64,000 nucleotides of DNA from Spirochaetia bacterium (lineage in GTDB: Bacteria; Spirochaetota; Spirochaetia; DSM-2461): assembly GCA_963666985.2 (NCBI GenBank), contig CAXXIA010000002.1:1792001-1856000 (forward strand), in the 5' to 3' direction. Each line of letters opens with the position of its first letter. Within the stretch, counting starts at the first letter, position 1. The notes beneath the pieces were generated by a model, which was not told the DNA's origin, did no database searches, and saw only the letters and a program-made list of their open reading frames with translations. Both the position numbers and the translations under genes were made by a program. Below are positions 52,151 to 62,229 of this stretch, piece after piece.

Positions 52151-52676
52151 TCCAGTTCATATCTTGGAAGAAAAAAATAATAGCACCCTAAGTCGATATG
52201 AATCATTTTACTCAAAGCAAAATTCCATTTTCACTTTAATGACGCTACTTGTTACGGTTTTTCTTTTTCTTGCCGGCGAACATTTTCCAGCTGTCAATTC
52301 TTTGTTTACAGTTACTGATAACACTTGTTTCGAAATGGTACTAGCCGTATCTATTACAATTACATTTGTTGTTGTACTTATTTTCTTCTTCAATTTGCTA
52401 TTTCAAATTCTCTCCGGACTCAAGCCAATTGTTTTCTCTGAATTGGACTATGAAGCTATCGATGAATTCAACAAAGGCAAAGAAGAGAAGGCATATAAGA
52501 TATTGATAAAAGACATGAAGAATGTGATTGATAGTAACCAGGAGGCAATAAACGAGAAATATAATGTTTTTCTAAAAGTGAAGTCCAATTTTACAATATT
52601 TCTCTTCGTATATATGTTTTTGGTTGTTCTTGTCTTTGTCGCGACTTTTTATGCAGGAATTAATGCTGGCAGCTGA
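52143..52676 (+). CDS. 3-TM membrane protein (Pycsar PycTM/DUF5706-like architecture)
   Basis: K-TM1-TM2-P, soluble loop, N....K, TM3 layout; overlaps ligase stop. Confidence 0.6.
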   Translation: MFDPVHILEEKNNSTLSRYESFYSKQNSIFTLMTLLVTVFLFLAGEHFPAVNSLFTVTDNTCFEMVLAVSITITFVVVLIFFFNLLFQILSGLKPIVFSELDYEAIDEFNKGKEEKAYKILIKDMKNVIDSNQEAINEKYNVFLKVKSNFTIFLFVYMFLVVLVFVATFYAGINAGS

Positions 52677-52747
52677 CTATCTCATTAGCATCTGAAGCAC
52701 ATCGTGTGCTTCAGATGAATTTATGAAGTTTTTTAGCTGGCTTCGTC

Positions 52748-52961
52748 ATTAAACAGCTGTTGATGCGCTCCGGCGATAATCGGGGATTATCGCCTCCGGG
52801 GCTCCGCCCAAATTTCGTTTTGTCATGGCTCTTGCAGATGCAGTTCCGTAAGTGATGTGATACAGTCAAAGAAGAACATGGTGTTGCTGTAGAAGAGCAA
52901 GAGCACATGCCAACCGGCTTTGCCGGACACGAAACGTTCGCATAACAGCGGGCCGTTAAAT
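52748..52961 (+). repeat. attC site 30
   Basis: Conserved attC arms. Confidence 0.9.
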
Positions 52962-53013
52962 GTAATGCCCAATTTGACTTGTAGCAATATATAATAACTT
53001 ACAGGAGATAATA

Positions 53014-53613
53014 ATGAAGAAGCAGTTAGTTTTATTAATTTCGATTGTAATCATTAATTCATTCCTGCATGCGGAGGAGTTTCAATTTAGAGGATTAGAC
53101 TTTAGTACTTTGTACTCTGATGTAGTTAAACAGGAAGGAGAGCCTGATGAAAAAGTAGATTCCTCTTCAGCAAATATGATGGGTGATTACTACATTTTGT
53201 ATAACAAAAAACAAGTGGCTGAATATGAAGCACAGATGGAAATTGAATTCGAAGATGATGTCATAATAGTTGGCACGTACAAATTTAGTTTTACTCAAAA
53301 TAGATTAAATGGAGGTGCAAGCGATCCTCGTAATTATTTTAACGCATACAACAGCTTGGTTTCTAAACTTCAAAGTAAATATGGTGAGCCAATTATAAGT
53401 GACGTTGTAGAAACATTTGAAAGAGGTACGTCGGAAATGTATATAAATCAACTTATTGATATGTCTCCATATAATACAATTTGGGAAATTTCAGACGGAG
53501 CTATTATGTTAAAAATGAATTATAGTAACAAATGGGATTTATATTTAATATATATTTCTCCAAGAATATACTCCCAAATAAAACAAAGACAAAACAGTAC
53601 AGAAGGATTGTAA
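53014..53613 (+). CDS. Secreted hypothetical protein
   Basis: Signal peptide; FRGL and L.SKYGEP motifs. Confidence 0.75.
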   Translation: MKKQLVLLISIVIINSFLHAEEFQFRGLDFSTLYSDVVKQEGEPDEKVDSSSANMMGDYYILYNKKQVAEYEAQMEIEFEDDVIIVGTYKFSFTQNRLNGGASDPRNYFNAYNSLVSKLQSKYGEPIISDVVETFERGTSEMYINQLIDMSPYNTIWEISDGAIMLKMNYSNKWDLYLIYISPRIYSQIKQRQNSTEGL

Positions 53614-53615
53614 TC

Positions 53616-54293
53616 ATGCCGCAAAAGGCATGGATTTTCGTAAAATTTGGCCAGAGGAAATATTTAGAGGAAATTCAAAAAGGAATTTTGTATATGAACT
53701 CTTGGCAATATTTTAAATATTTAGAGAATGAAGCTCAGAAAGATATTTATGAAGGTTCTTTGATTTGGTTAAATCCAAGTATTAGCACTATTAAAATCGG
53801 CGATCGAGTTCTTACAAGAGAAAATGGTACTTTATGTGCTTCTCTCTCTTTTCCAATGGAATCAATAAAAATATTTTGTATGAGTGTTATTTGTAGAGGC
53901 GATCAGATTCGTTCGGATTTTAAAATATTCGACGATAGAATGAGGAATTTTGGGGATAGTTTTCTAGTAATCTATAATGCAAATAGATTTCTTAAAAGAG
54001 TTGATAAAGCATTGGAAATAAATTTGAAAAAAGAGATCTTTGTTTCAGCTGATTATGGAAAAGTTGAATATTTCAAACCGAATGAATATGATGGAGATGT
54101 TGGACCTTTTAGGAAAATTGATTATTATAAATATCAAAAAGAATTTCGTATAGTTATTTGTAAATCATCAAAAAAGCCATTTAAATTATCAGTGGGATCA
54201 CTAGAAGATATTTCTATTTTAGATTCTGTCTCAAATTTTATAAATGTGGTAAAACAAAAACGGGATTTATCAGGATTTAATTTGTTATTTTAG
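53616..54293 (+). CDS. Hypothetical protein, possibly DUF2971-related
   Basis: ATG 53616; IFCMS, FG, VEY and FRK..Y.YQKEFRI motifs. Confidence 0.65.
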   Translation: MPQKAWIFVKFGQRKYLEEIQKGILYMNSWQYFKYLENEAQKDIYEGSLIWLNPSISTIKIGDRVLTRENGTLCASLSFPMESIKIFCMSVICRGDQIRSDFKIFDDRMRNFGDSFLVIYNANRFLKRVDKALEINLKKEIFVSADYGKVEYFKPNEYDGDVGPFRKIDYYKYQKEFRIVICKSSKKPFKLSVGSLEDISILDSVSNFINVVKQKRDLSGFNLLF

Positions 54294-54346
54294 CATCTTT
54301 AGTAATCCCAAAGGGTTAATATATTATTGAAAAAATTGGGCACTAC

Positions 54347-54559
54347 ATTTAACAGCTGTTGATGCGCTCCGGCGTCAACTCGCGTTGCCGCCTCCGGGCC
54401 TTCGGCCAAATTTCGCTTTGGCCATGGCTCTTGCGAATGCAGATCGAGGAGTGATGTGATACAATCAAAGGCGAACACGGCATTGCTGTAGAAGAGCAAG
54501 AGCGCATGCCAACCGGCTCCGCCGGACGCGAAACTTCGCATAACAGCGGAACGTTAAAG
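54347..54559 (+). repeat. attC site 31
   Basis: Conserved attC arms. Confidence 0.9.
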
Positions 54560-55245
54560 GAAATTTCGGACGACGGAATAAAAGGGGATTCTTTTTTTAG
54601 AGGTGTTTTTCATGGCAACCTCATTCTTTACATTTGAATAAGTAACAGAAACGGACTTTCTTTGAGTGTTCATATTTTTTTAACAGGCCTTCCTTCTCTT
54701 TGAAAGAAACAGGTCGTTTTGATGCGGCTTTCTCCTCACCCCCCTGCGCCTTTGAGATCATCTTCAACCAAGAAGCTAAAAGCATCGGAACAAAACTCAC
54801 TTCGGGATCAGAAGCACTTAGTGATAAAACGCTCAGTTCGAGAGAAGTTGTGTCGTGAAGGTATATGGTTTTTAACGATTATAGGAATCGCTCATGAGAA
54901 AATACTTATCCGTTGATGGTTGTTGCTTCGGGAAATGAGTCGCTCCTGGTTTGATTGGTTCGCGAGAAATGGGGTGGTAGCCAGAGACGAATGAATGGAT
55001 GGAGGTAAGAGAAATGGAGATTGTTTTCTCCGTGGTTTTGCCTTTGAGAATAATGCTGAATGCTTCGGATAATACTGGTGTAGATGATGAAGGAGAAGAA
55101 GAGGATTTGAAGGAATCCGTCTTGTCAGCACCGGTGATAAATTTCCTGAAAACACCGGAATAAGATTTCCGGTTTTGAGCCAATAAAAACGGGCGAGTAT
55201 CCCTAAGATGGAGTAACCATACACCCATCGAAAAGGACACTGCCC

Positions 55246-56499
55246 GTGAAGCTCCAGGAGAAACGCATGCACCAGGCTCAAGTGCTGGCCAAGGAAGGGT
55301 ACAAGCAGTACCGAATCGCCGAAATACTCGGCGTTACCGACCGAACGGTTCGAAATTACCTCAGCGGACACAGTCCCAAAATGAGCCCCAGGAAGAAACG
55401 GAAGAGCAAGCTCGACCACTTCAAATCCCATATTCGCAGTGTACTTGAGGAGGAACCGCTCTTCAATTGCGAGGTGCTTTATAAGAATCTTTGCGCCATG
55501 GGTTACACCGGAGGAATCACCATCCTCCGTGATTTCGCCAAAGAGACCCGAGATGAGATTCAGAGAGAAGTAGTTCGCCGCTTCGAAACCCAGGCCGGCT
55601 ACCAGGCACAGATGGACTGGAAGATATTGCCGAAGGAACACTGGCGAGGCGTCTACGCCTTCGTCATGGTCCTCGGCTACAGCCGGACTCCCTATGTGAG
55701 ATTCACCACCGATATGACCAGCGGCACACTGCTGGCCTGCCACCAGAAAGCCTTTGAGTATTTTGGCGGTGTTCCTCAGACTGTATTGTACGACAACATG
55801 AAAACAGCATGGGTCCACGACGGAGAAGAGTGGAAGACCAACTCCCGGTTACTGGAGTTCGCTTCCTCCTACGGTTTCTCTCCAAGACGATGCGCCGTCA
55901 GGCGTCCCCAGACCAAAGGAAAAGTAGAGAGGTTCATCGACTACCTTTCGGGTAACTTCCTTTCTCAGGCACGGCGTAGTGGCCTGAAGACGATCGAAGA
56001 ACTCAATGACGCCATTCTGCCCTGGCTGACTGAAGTTCAGCAGAAAGAGCTCCGGGACTACCAGGAAAGTCGTGCCCAGCGATATGAGGTGGAGAAATCC
56101 TTCCTGCAACCGGCACCGCCAGAGGGAGCTTTTGACTACCGTGACAGCATTCAGCTCATTGTCAGTCGAGAAGGCTCAGTCACCTACAAGACTAACAAGT
56201 ACAGCGTGCCGCCTGTATTGGTTGGTAAGAAGCTGACGCTGAAAATCGATGCGCTTTCCATGCAGGGGGAAATCCTCAATGGGAAGGTTTCCATACGGCT
56301 ATTCAATCTCCTTCCAGCTGGCTCCCGGCAGAAGGATATCCGCAATGAAGATCGGGAAGCACTCTTTACCCTGTGGGAGAAGCAGCGTAAGAAGTCGGCG
56401 AAAAAACCAGTCCGGAAGCAACAAGATGAGCAGACCATCGTCGATATCAGAAATCCTGCCTACTATGAGCGCTTTGTCGCTGTGGGAGTCTCGGTATGA
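55246..56499 (+). CDS. istA: IS21 transposase IstA
   Basis: Identical protein to 19964-21217. Confidence 0.95.
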   Translation: MKLQEKRMHQAQVLAKEGYKQYRIAEILGVTDRTVRNYLSGHSPKMSPRKKRKSKLDHFKSHIRSVLEEEPLFNCEVLYKNLCAMGYTGGITILRDFAKETRDEIQREVVRRFETQAGYQAQMDWKILPKEHWRGVYAFVMVLGYSRTPYVRFTTDMTSGTLLACHQKAFEYFGGVPQTVLYDNMKTAWVHDGEEWKTNSRLLEFASSYGFSPRRCAVRRPQTKGKVERFIDYLSGNFLSQARRSGLKTIEELNDAILPWLTEVQQKELRDYQESRAQRYEVEKSFLQPAPPEGAFDYRDSIQLIVSREGSVTYKTNKYSVPPVLVGKKLTLKIDALSMQGEILNGKVSIRLFNLLPAGSRQKDIRNEDREALFTLWEKQRKKSAKKPVRKQQDEQTIVDIRNPAYYERFVAVGVSV

Positions 56500-57260
56500 A
56501 TATCAAACTTGAGACCGTCACCGAGAGAATGAATTCGCTGGGTATGAGTTTCATGTCCGCAGGACTGGAATCCTTCCTGGCAGAACCCCGCCGGCAGGAA
56601 CAGACGGTACTGGATATCGTTGCCGACTTGATGGAACTTGAATACATCCCCCGTAAAGAACGGAGCGCCAAGAGCCGCTTGAAGCTTTCAGGAATGCCGG
56701 CAGTGAAAAGGCTGGAAGACTTCGACAGGGGGTGGCTCAAAGGTGGTATCACCAACCGCCAGTTTGACGAGCTCTCCTCTCTGGCCTTCATCGAGCGAAA
56801 GGAGAACGTCATTCTCATGGGTCCCAGCGGCCTGGGAAAATCTCATCTGATGCTGGCCCTGGGGCACAAGGCCTGCATGGAGGGATTCACCACCTACCAT
56901 ACCACCTGCATCGACCTCATTGAGAACCTGGTTCTTGCCCGAGAGAACAACCGGCTCAAGCGTCGGCTGGTATGGCTCCGAAAACCGCACCTGCTTCTCA
57001 TCGATGAAGTCGGTTACGAGAAGCTGACACCCGAACAGGCTAATCTTTTCTTCCAGGTTGTGAATGCCCGGTATGAACAGGGGAGTATGATCATTACGAC
57101 GAACAAGCCATTTGGCAGATGGGCGGAGATAATGAGTGATGAGGCTGTTGCCAGTGCAACCCTGGACCGTCTGCTTCACCATGCTCATATCCTGAGTCTT
57201 CAAGGAGACTCGTACCGAATGAAGGATCGGTTGAAAGCGGGAGTCGTTGACTTCCTTTGA
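56496..57260 (+). CDS. istB: IS21 ATPase IstB
   Basis: Identical protein to 21214-21978. Confidence 0.95.
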   Translation: MNIKLETVTERMNSLGMSFMSAGLESFLAEPRRQEQTVLDIVADLMELEYIPRKERSAKSRLKLSGMPAVKRLEDFDRGWLKGGITNRQFDELSSLAFIERKENVILMGPSGLGKSHLMLALGHKACMEGFTTYHTTCIDLIENLVLARENNRLKRRLVWLRKPHLLLIDEVGYEKLTPEQANLFFQVVNARYEQGSMIITTNKPFGRWAEIMSDEAVASATLDRLLHHAHILSLQGDSYRMKDRLKAGVVDFL

Positions 57261-57596
57261 CGCCCAAAACCGGAAAAACTAAATCGGTGAAATCCGGAAA
57301 TGTTTCGTCGGTGTTGACACGTCTTGAGAGAAAGTGGTCGGAAGAGGCGAATTGCATCGGATGATGGCCTGAATAAAGTGATAAGGCGATGAAAGGGAGA
57401 ATAGCGTTGAGTATGAGAGAATGGAGAGATGTTCGGATGAATTGGTCAAAAACGAAAGAGGGAAGTCTGTAAAAGGGTGAATGAAGAAAAGATGAAAAGG
57501 AGAAGGCCAAGAGGAATCCGATTAAGGGGTTCAGGTAAAAAACGGCGAGGAGGGGTGAGGAGAAGGAGGTTATTATAGATGTGTCGTCCGAACTTC

Positions 57597-57868
57597 CTTT
57601 AACAGCTGTTGATGCGCTCCGGCCGCTAAAGGTGTTTAGCGGCCTTGGGCCGAGCGATGGGAAACTATGAGTTTTATGATTTTTGTAAAAGGGAAAAATC
57701 AAATTGGTTTGGCTCGGCCAAATTTCGCTTTGGCAATGGCTCTTGCAGATGCGTTCTTGGAAGTTGTGTGATAGGCTGAAGAGCGAACGGGTTTTCTGCT
57801 AAAAGCAAGAGCACATGCCAACCGGCTACGCCGGCCGCGAAACTTCGCATACCAGCGGGCCGTTTCCT
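57597..57868 (+). repeat. attC site 32 (long)
   Basis: Conserved arms plus an extra internal hairpin shared with site 34. Confidence 0.9.
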
Positions 57869-57934
57869 GAAATCTGTTTGAATTCATGAGTTTCTAGCCA
57901 CGCCATCATGGCGCGCTGTAGTTAGCTAGGTTGT

Positions 57935-57963
57935 TTGACTTGTGATATCATATTTGATATTAT
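57935..57963 (+). promoter_or_regulatory. hicAB promoter/operator
   Basis: TTGACT-17-TATTAT; ATATCA-4-TGATAT palindrome. Confidence 0.65.
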
Positions 57964-57983
57964 TCTATAGTGAGAGTCACTTC

Positions 57984-58235
57984 ATGCCGAATATCGAATC
58001 ATTAGACCTGAGTAATCCCAGGAATGTTAAGTTCAAGGACCTGAAGAGACTCTGTGAGTATCATTTCGGCGAAGGTCGAAACACAGGTGGTAGCCACTTA
58101 GTCTTTCCAACTCCGTGGAAAGGGGATCCATTTATCAATATTCAACCTAGTAAGCGGGATAAGAAGATGGCGGTGCCGTATCAAGTTAAAAATGTTAGAG
58201 ACGCTATAGAAAAGAAAAAGGAATTAGGTCTTTAA
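57984..58235 (+). CDS. hicA: HicA-like toxin
   Basis: NPRNVKFKDL..LC..FG, GSH.VF.TPW.GDP.INIQ and YQVK motifs. Confidence 0.85.
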   Translation: MPNIESLDLSNPRNVKFKDLKRLCEYHFGEGRNTGGSHLVFPTPWKGDPFINIQPSKRDKKMAVPYQVKNVRDAIEKKKELGL

Positions 58236-58236
58236 A

Positions 58237-58839
58237 ATGAATGTTGCAGACAAGTATTCTATTCGCTCGTTCTGGTCGGACGATGATGAAAGCTTCATTT
58301 CTGTATGTTCTGAGTTTCCATCTCTTTCGGCTGTAGGAGATACGAGAGAAGAAGCCACAGATGAAATGTTGACTCTTTTAGAGTTTGTAATCGGTGAGTT
58401 GGAGAAAGAAGGAAAAGAATTACCTAAACCTATCGCATCAAGAGAATTGAAGGGAAACATCCTTCTAAGGGTAGATCCTTTTCAACACCGTAGAGTGCTT
58501 AATATAGCAGAAGAGTCAAAAAGATCCATGAATCAGACACTTAATCTTCTCATTTCTCTTGGGATTGAGAAGTACAATGGTGAAATTGCAGATGGTAAAA
58601 CACAATCAGCGATTGAAGAGCTTCGAGCAGATCTTAAGGTTCACGATTTTCAAATGACATCTGCACTTGCACGTAATAAAGCAGAAGATGATCGCGTTCC
58701 CGATAAAACTAATTTTATTCCAATTGCAAAATTCACTCGCTCCTCAAAAGATTTCTACAATTATAATTTTCCTTTCTTAAATCAGAATTTGCCAAGAGGA
58801 AATAATGATATCGATACTGACGAACGATTGGAGATGTGA
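58237..58839 (+). CDS. hicB: HicB-like antitoxin with about 90-aa C-terminal extension
   Basis: WSDDDESF...EFPSLS..GDT.EEA; RHH domain; extra tail. Confidence 0.82.
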   Translation: MNVADKYSIRSFWSDDDESFISVCSEFPSLSAVGDTREEATDEMLTLLEFVIGELEKEGKELPKPIASRELKGNILLRVDPFQHRRVLNIAEESKRSMNQTLNLLISLGIEKYNGEIADGKTQSAIEELRADLKVHDFQMTSALARNKAEDDRVPDKTNFIPIAKFTRSSKDFYNYNFPFLNQNLPRGNNDIDTDERLEM

Positions 58840-59537
58840 GAATGGCTGAGATAAGATCGGTACAATGTACAGATATTTTACTGTATTACCCGGATGAATT
58901 TCAAACCAACTCGCTTGTATCGCAGAATTTCTTGGTAGAAGTTCAAGAGAAGTTTTCTCTCACTTTGGGCGTTCCTCCAATAGCAGTTCAAACAAATCAA
59001 AGCCCAGTTGTCTTTACAGGGGGAATCTACAAATACGAAGATAAAGAGTATCCCATCGAGAATCTTCAAATAGAAAATCGAAAAGTTACAATTGCGGGGC
59101 AGTGCGAGACGTCAATTTTAAACTCATTTTACTCAGAGTTTCTTGTTGTTGTGGACAAATACGATCCTAGGCAAACACCTTCCCAACATAAGAGCCTAGT
59201 TCATACCAATGAGACTGTAGCGGTTTGTAAATTCGACAAACCCTTTTCTGCATTTCTTAGTACTGGACTAGTCTCAGAAATTCCCGAAGCCTTGCATACT
59301 AAAATTAACAACCATGGTGGAATAGTCATTGTGGAACCTTACTCAGTAAAATATAAAATCAAATATCGAGATGTACCTGAAAAAATAGTTGATAATAAAA
59401 TCCAATTAGTAGACAAGTTTCTTACATTTGAAGTTCGTGAGAAAACGTCAATTACTGAGTGTATTATTTTTACTGTATCTCCGTGTGATTTTGACACACA
59501 CATGAAGTTGATAGAAACCGTAGAAAAAATGCTCTAG
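58836..59537 (+). CDS. Hypothetical protein translationally coupled to hicAB
   Basis: 233-aa ORF overlapping the hicB stop. Confidence 0.75.
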   Translation: MRMAEIRSVQCTDILLYYPDEFQTNSLVSQNFLVEVQEKFSLTLGVPPIAVQTNQSPVVFTGGIYKYEDKEYPIENLQIENRKVTIAGQCETSILNSFYSEFLVVVDKYDPRQTPSQHKSLVHTNETVAVCKFDKPFSAFLSTGLVSEIPEALHTKINNHGGIVIVEPYSVKYKIKYRDVPEKIVDNKIQLVDKFLTFEVREKTSITECIIFTVSPCDFDTHMKLIETVEKML

Positions 59538-59623
59538 GCTGGCTTGGTTTTCAAGATTGATTTTTATGATTCATCCGCTACCTTCATGTACTGGGTGAAG
59601 AGGTCTCTCCACAAACAGACTTC

Positions 59624-59838
59624 AGGAAACAGCTGTTGATGCGCTCCGAATACATTTGCAAGCAAATGTATTCTCCGGGGCTCCGCCCAAATTTCGCTTT
59701 GGACATGGTTCTTGCAGATGCGTCTCTGGAAGAGATGTGATACATTCAAATGCGAACAGGCTTTCTGTTGAAGTGCAAGAACGCATGCCAACCGGCTTCG
59801 CCGGACGCGAAACTTCGTATACCAGCGGAACGTTTTAC
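59624..59838 (+). repeat. attC site 33
   Basis: Conserved attC arms. Confidence 0.9.
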
Positions 59839-59929
59839 GAAAAAATCCAAAGGCATTTTACCGTGGCGGCGTCCGTGCCGCCCCGAATAGTTTCATATAA
59901 TGGAAATAGAAATATTTAAAGTTAATCTA

Positions 59930-59983
59930 ATACAACGTCTCCATAACGAGCCGACTCGGTCTCTGTTCATGGCATTGTTATAT
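59930..59983 (-). repeat. Short classical attC (54 bp) on the minus strand, nested in a cassette
   Basis: Minus strand: ATATAAC AATGC CATGAAC ... GTTATG GAGAC GTTGTAT; begins 4 bp after the S8 protease stop. Confidence 0.75.
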
Positions 59984-59987
59984 GGTA

Positions 59988-62219
59988 TTAATTCCGTACA
60001 CGTGCTCTATCTGAAATTCTTAGATCACTTCTATTCCATCCAAGAGAATTCATTTCCTTTACCATCTCATTAAATATAGGTATGTTTTTTTCATGATCTC
60101 TTACACTAACTAATAAAGCAAACTTTTGAGGCTCTAATTGCATATTATGTGTTTCAAATCTTCTCTGAAGATTCAACTTCAGCCTCCAGATGTCACCACT
60201 ACACCCCCGAGGAAAAATTCTTCTATATACTTTCACTGGGGACCATTTAAATCCGTGTTCGATTTGTTCTGATTCATATAATTTATTGATATCTTTAGGA
60301 TCAATTGGAACTTTCTTTGAATGTTTTCCATTTTTAAAAATTCCTAATGAGACTTCAATATTTGATCGGCAATACTCTGCTAGAAATGACGAGTCAGTAG
60401 GTGGTGAATATACCAAAGTCATTAATAATTCTCCATGGAACTTACCGTCAGCTCGTAATGATTCGGGTAGAGGAAAAGGTTGGCGGCTAAATTCTAAAGA
60501 ATCATATAATTCTCCCTCAAAAATCATAGTGCAAGTAAATGGATCACCAGTTAAGAATTTAATTGGTTCAAGCGGTTTTCCAAAACCATAGTATTTTACT
60601 TCTTCTGCAGTTCGTATTGGTGAATCTAGTACCGCACTATGAATGACCAAAGCCTTTATTAATTCTTTTGAAATATCACCAGATATTAATTTTGTGTACT
60701 GTGAAGCTATACTTGAAACTATAGGTGTAGAGAAACTAGTCCCAATATTTTCAGAATGCTTTGAGTCTGCAGAAACCGAAAGAACACCTGTTTGAGAATA
60801 GTTACCATTTTTATCACAATTTCCACCATAATGAATAATTTCTGGTTTTGGAATGAAACTCGGTCCGGGGCCTCTTCTAGAAAAAGGGGAAGGCTCTTCA
60901 TTTCGAACTAAAGTAATTGGTGTAAATTTATGTGTTATTGAACCAACAGATAACGCCCGAGATGAATCACCAGGTGTAGAAATTCTATCATCAATACTTA
61001 TATCACTAGGTGGCCAGTTTCGGAGAGGTATATTTGTGTAATTACCTGCTGATATTACAAATAATACATTATAAGTATCTTGTAATTCATCAAAATAACT
61101 TGCTAGTGAAGAATATGAGAACGAATCAGTAGGCGTTGAGGCTCCTAAAGAAAGATTCCAAATACGTACATAAGGAAATGATTTTATAGAATCTTCAATG
61201 GTCTCTTTGAGATCCTCTTCTGAAATTCCATTTTTGGGAGATAAAGCGCGGATGTCAATGATTTTAGCATGTACATTAGGGAAACGTGGATCGGAGTGGT
61301 TTAAACTATGATTATTAGCTATTAATCCTCCGACAAAAGAACCATGCTCAAAATCCGTTTCTTTATCTATAATCCTTTTTTTCCTAGCAACAACCCAATC
61401 CGATAGAGCTTTATTGTCATCATGAATACCTGTATCAATAATTCCAACTATTGGGTAATCGACTGATTTATCAGGTTTTGGAAAGAGTTGCTCATGCAAA
61501 TCTCCAATTGTTATATTAGTCGTTTTTAATGTTTCATATTGAGGGAACAAAGACACAGTTCTAACAGGAGGGAAAATGCATAATTTTGGAATTGTTTGAT
61601 TGTCATTAATTTCTGCCTTATATACAATTTGGTTTTTCCCATAGTTAATTTTTTTATATTTTAGAATGCCAATTTCTTCAAATACAGATAATAAACATTT
61701 ATTAATTTTATTATTTAACTCAGTATCCTTAAAATCGAATAAACTAATTTTTATCTCTCTGAAATTTTCAATAGAAATACTTGAATCAATACGATCAAAT
61801 TGAGAATAATCTAAAAAGCTTTCAAGTGATGAGATATTTGCGATATTTTCTTTTGTAGTCCCTTCCTCTATAATTCTATTCAGTTTTTCAAGACCGATCT
61901 CATTTACTCTTATTAGAAGCTTTCCAAATCCATAATCACCAATAATTGGACATGTAGAGTTATTTAATAGCGATGATGGACGATGACTTTTTGCAATAGC
62001 CTCTTTCTTTAATTCAACTCGTGCAATATTAGGTATGTTTGGCCATTTATGAAATGTTTTTTTATATTTCTGGTTAATGCTTGAAATTTGATTTGAATAT
62101 AATGAGCGCAATGACGGTGTAACATTTGAAAAAACTTTTTTAGGACCGCCAGATGAATAGGGCTTATGGTGATCTCGTTCAGAAATCGTAATTACCTGAA
62201 GGGGATATTCATCTGACAT
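59988..62219 (-). CDS. ietS: S8 subtilisin-like protease (IetS-like)
   Basis: Catalytic triad IIDTG, HGSFV and GTSFSTP; NLSLG; SAGN; KPE. Confidence 0.85.
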   Translation of the reverse strand: MSDEYPLQVITISERDHHKPYSSGGPKKVFSNVTPSLRSLYSNQISSINQKYKKTFHKWPNIPNIARVELKKEAIAKSHRPSSLLNNSTCPIIGDYGFGKLLIRVNEIGLEKLNRIIEEGTTKENIANISSLESFLDYSQFDRIDSSISIENFREIKISLFDFKDTELNNKINKCLLSVFEEIGILKYKKINYGKNQIVYKAEINDNQTIPKLCIFPPVRTVSLFPQYETLKTTNITIGDLHEQLFPKPDKSVDYPIVGIIDTGIHDDNKALSDWVVARKKRIIDKETDFEHGSFVGGLIANNHSLNHSDPRFPNVHAKIIDIRALSPKNGISEEDLKETIEDSIKSFPYVRIWNLSLGASTPTDSFSYSSLASYFDELQDTYNVLFVISAGNYTNIPLRNWPPSDISIDDRISTPGDSSRALSVGSITHKFTPITLVRNEEPSPFSRRGPGPSFIPKPEIIHYGGNCDKNGNYSQTGVLSVSADSKHSENIGTSFSTPIVSSIASQYTKLISGDISKELIKALVIHSAVLDSPIRTAEEVKYYGFGKPLEPIKFLTGDPFTCTMIFEGELYDSLEFSRQPFPLPESLRADGKFHGELLMTLVYSPPTDSSFLAEYCRSNIEVSLGIFKNGKHSKKVPIDPKDINKLYESEQIEHGFKWSPVKVYRRIFPRGCSGDIWRLKLNLQRRFETHNMQLEPQKFALLVSVRDHEKNIPIFNEMVKEMNSLGWNRSDLRISDRARVRN

Positions 62220-62229
62220 AATAATGCTC

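Larger units (their letters stand above)
55123..57319 (+). mobile_element. IS21-family copy 2
   Basis: Same ends and length as 19841-22037; TSD CGTCT. Confidence 0.93.
54553..57603. repeat. ORF-less cassette family B, copy 3 (diverged, interrupted by IS21)
   Basis: Same ends and colinear interior as 42404-43250. Confidence 0.85.
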
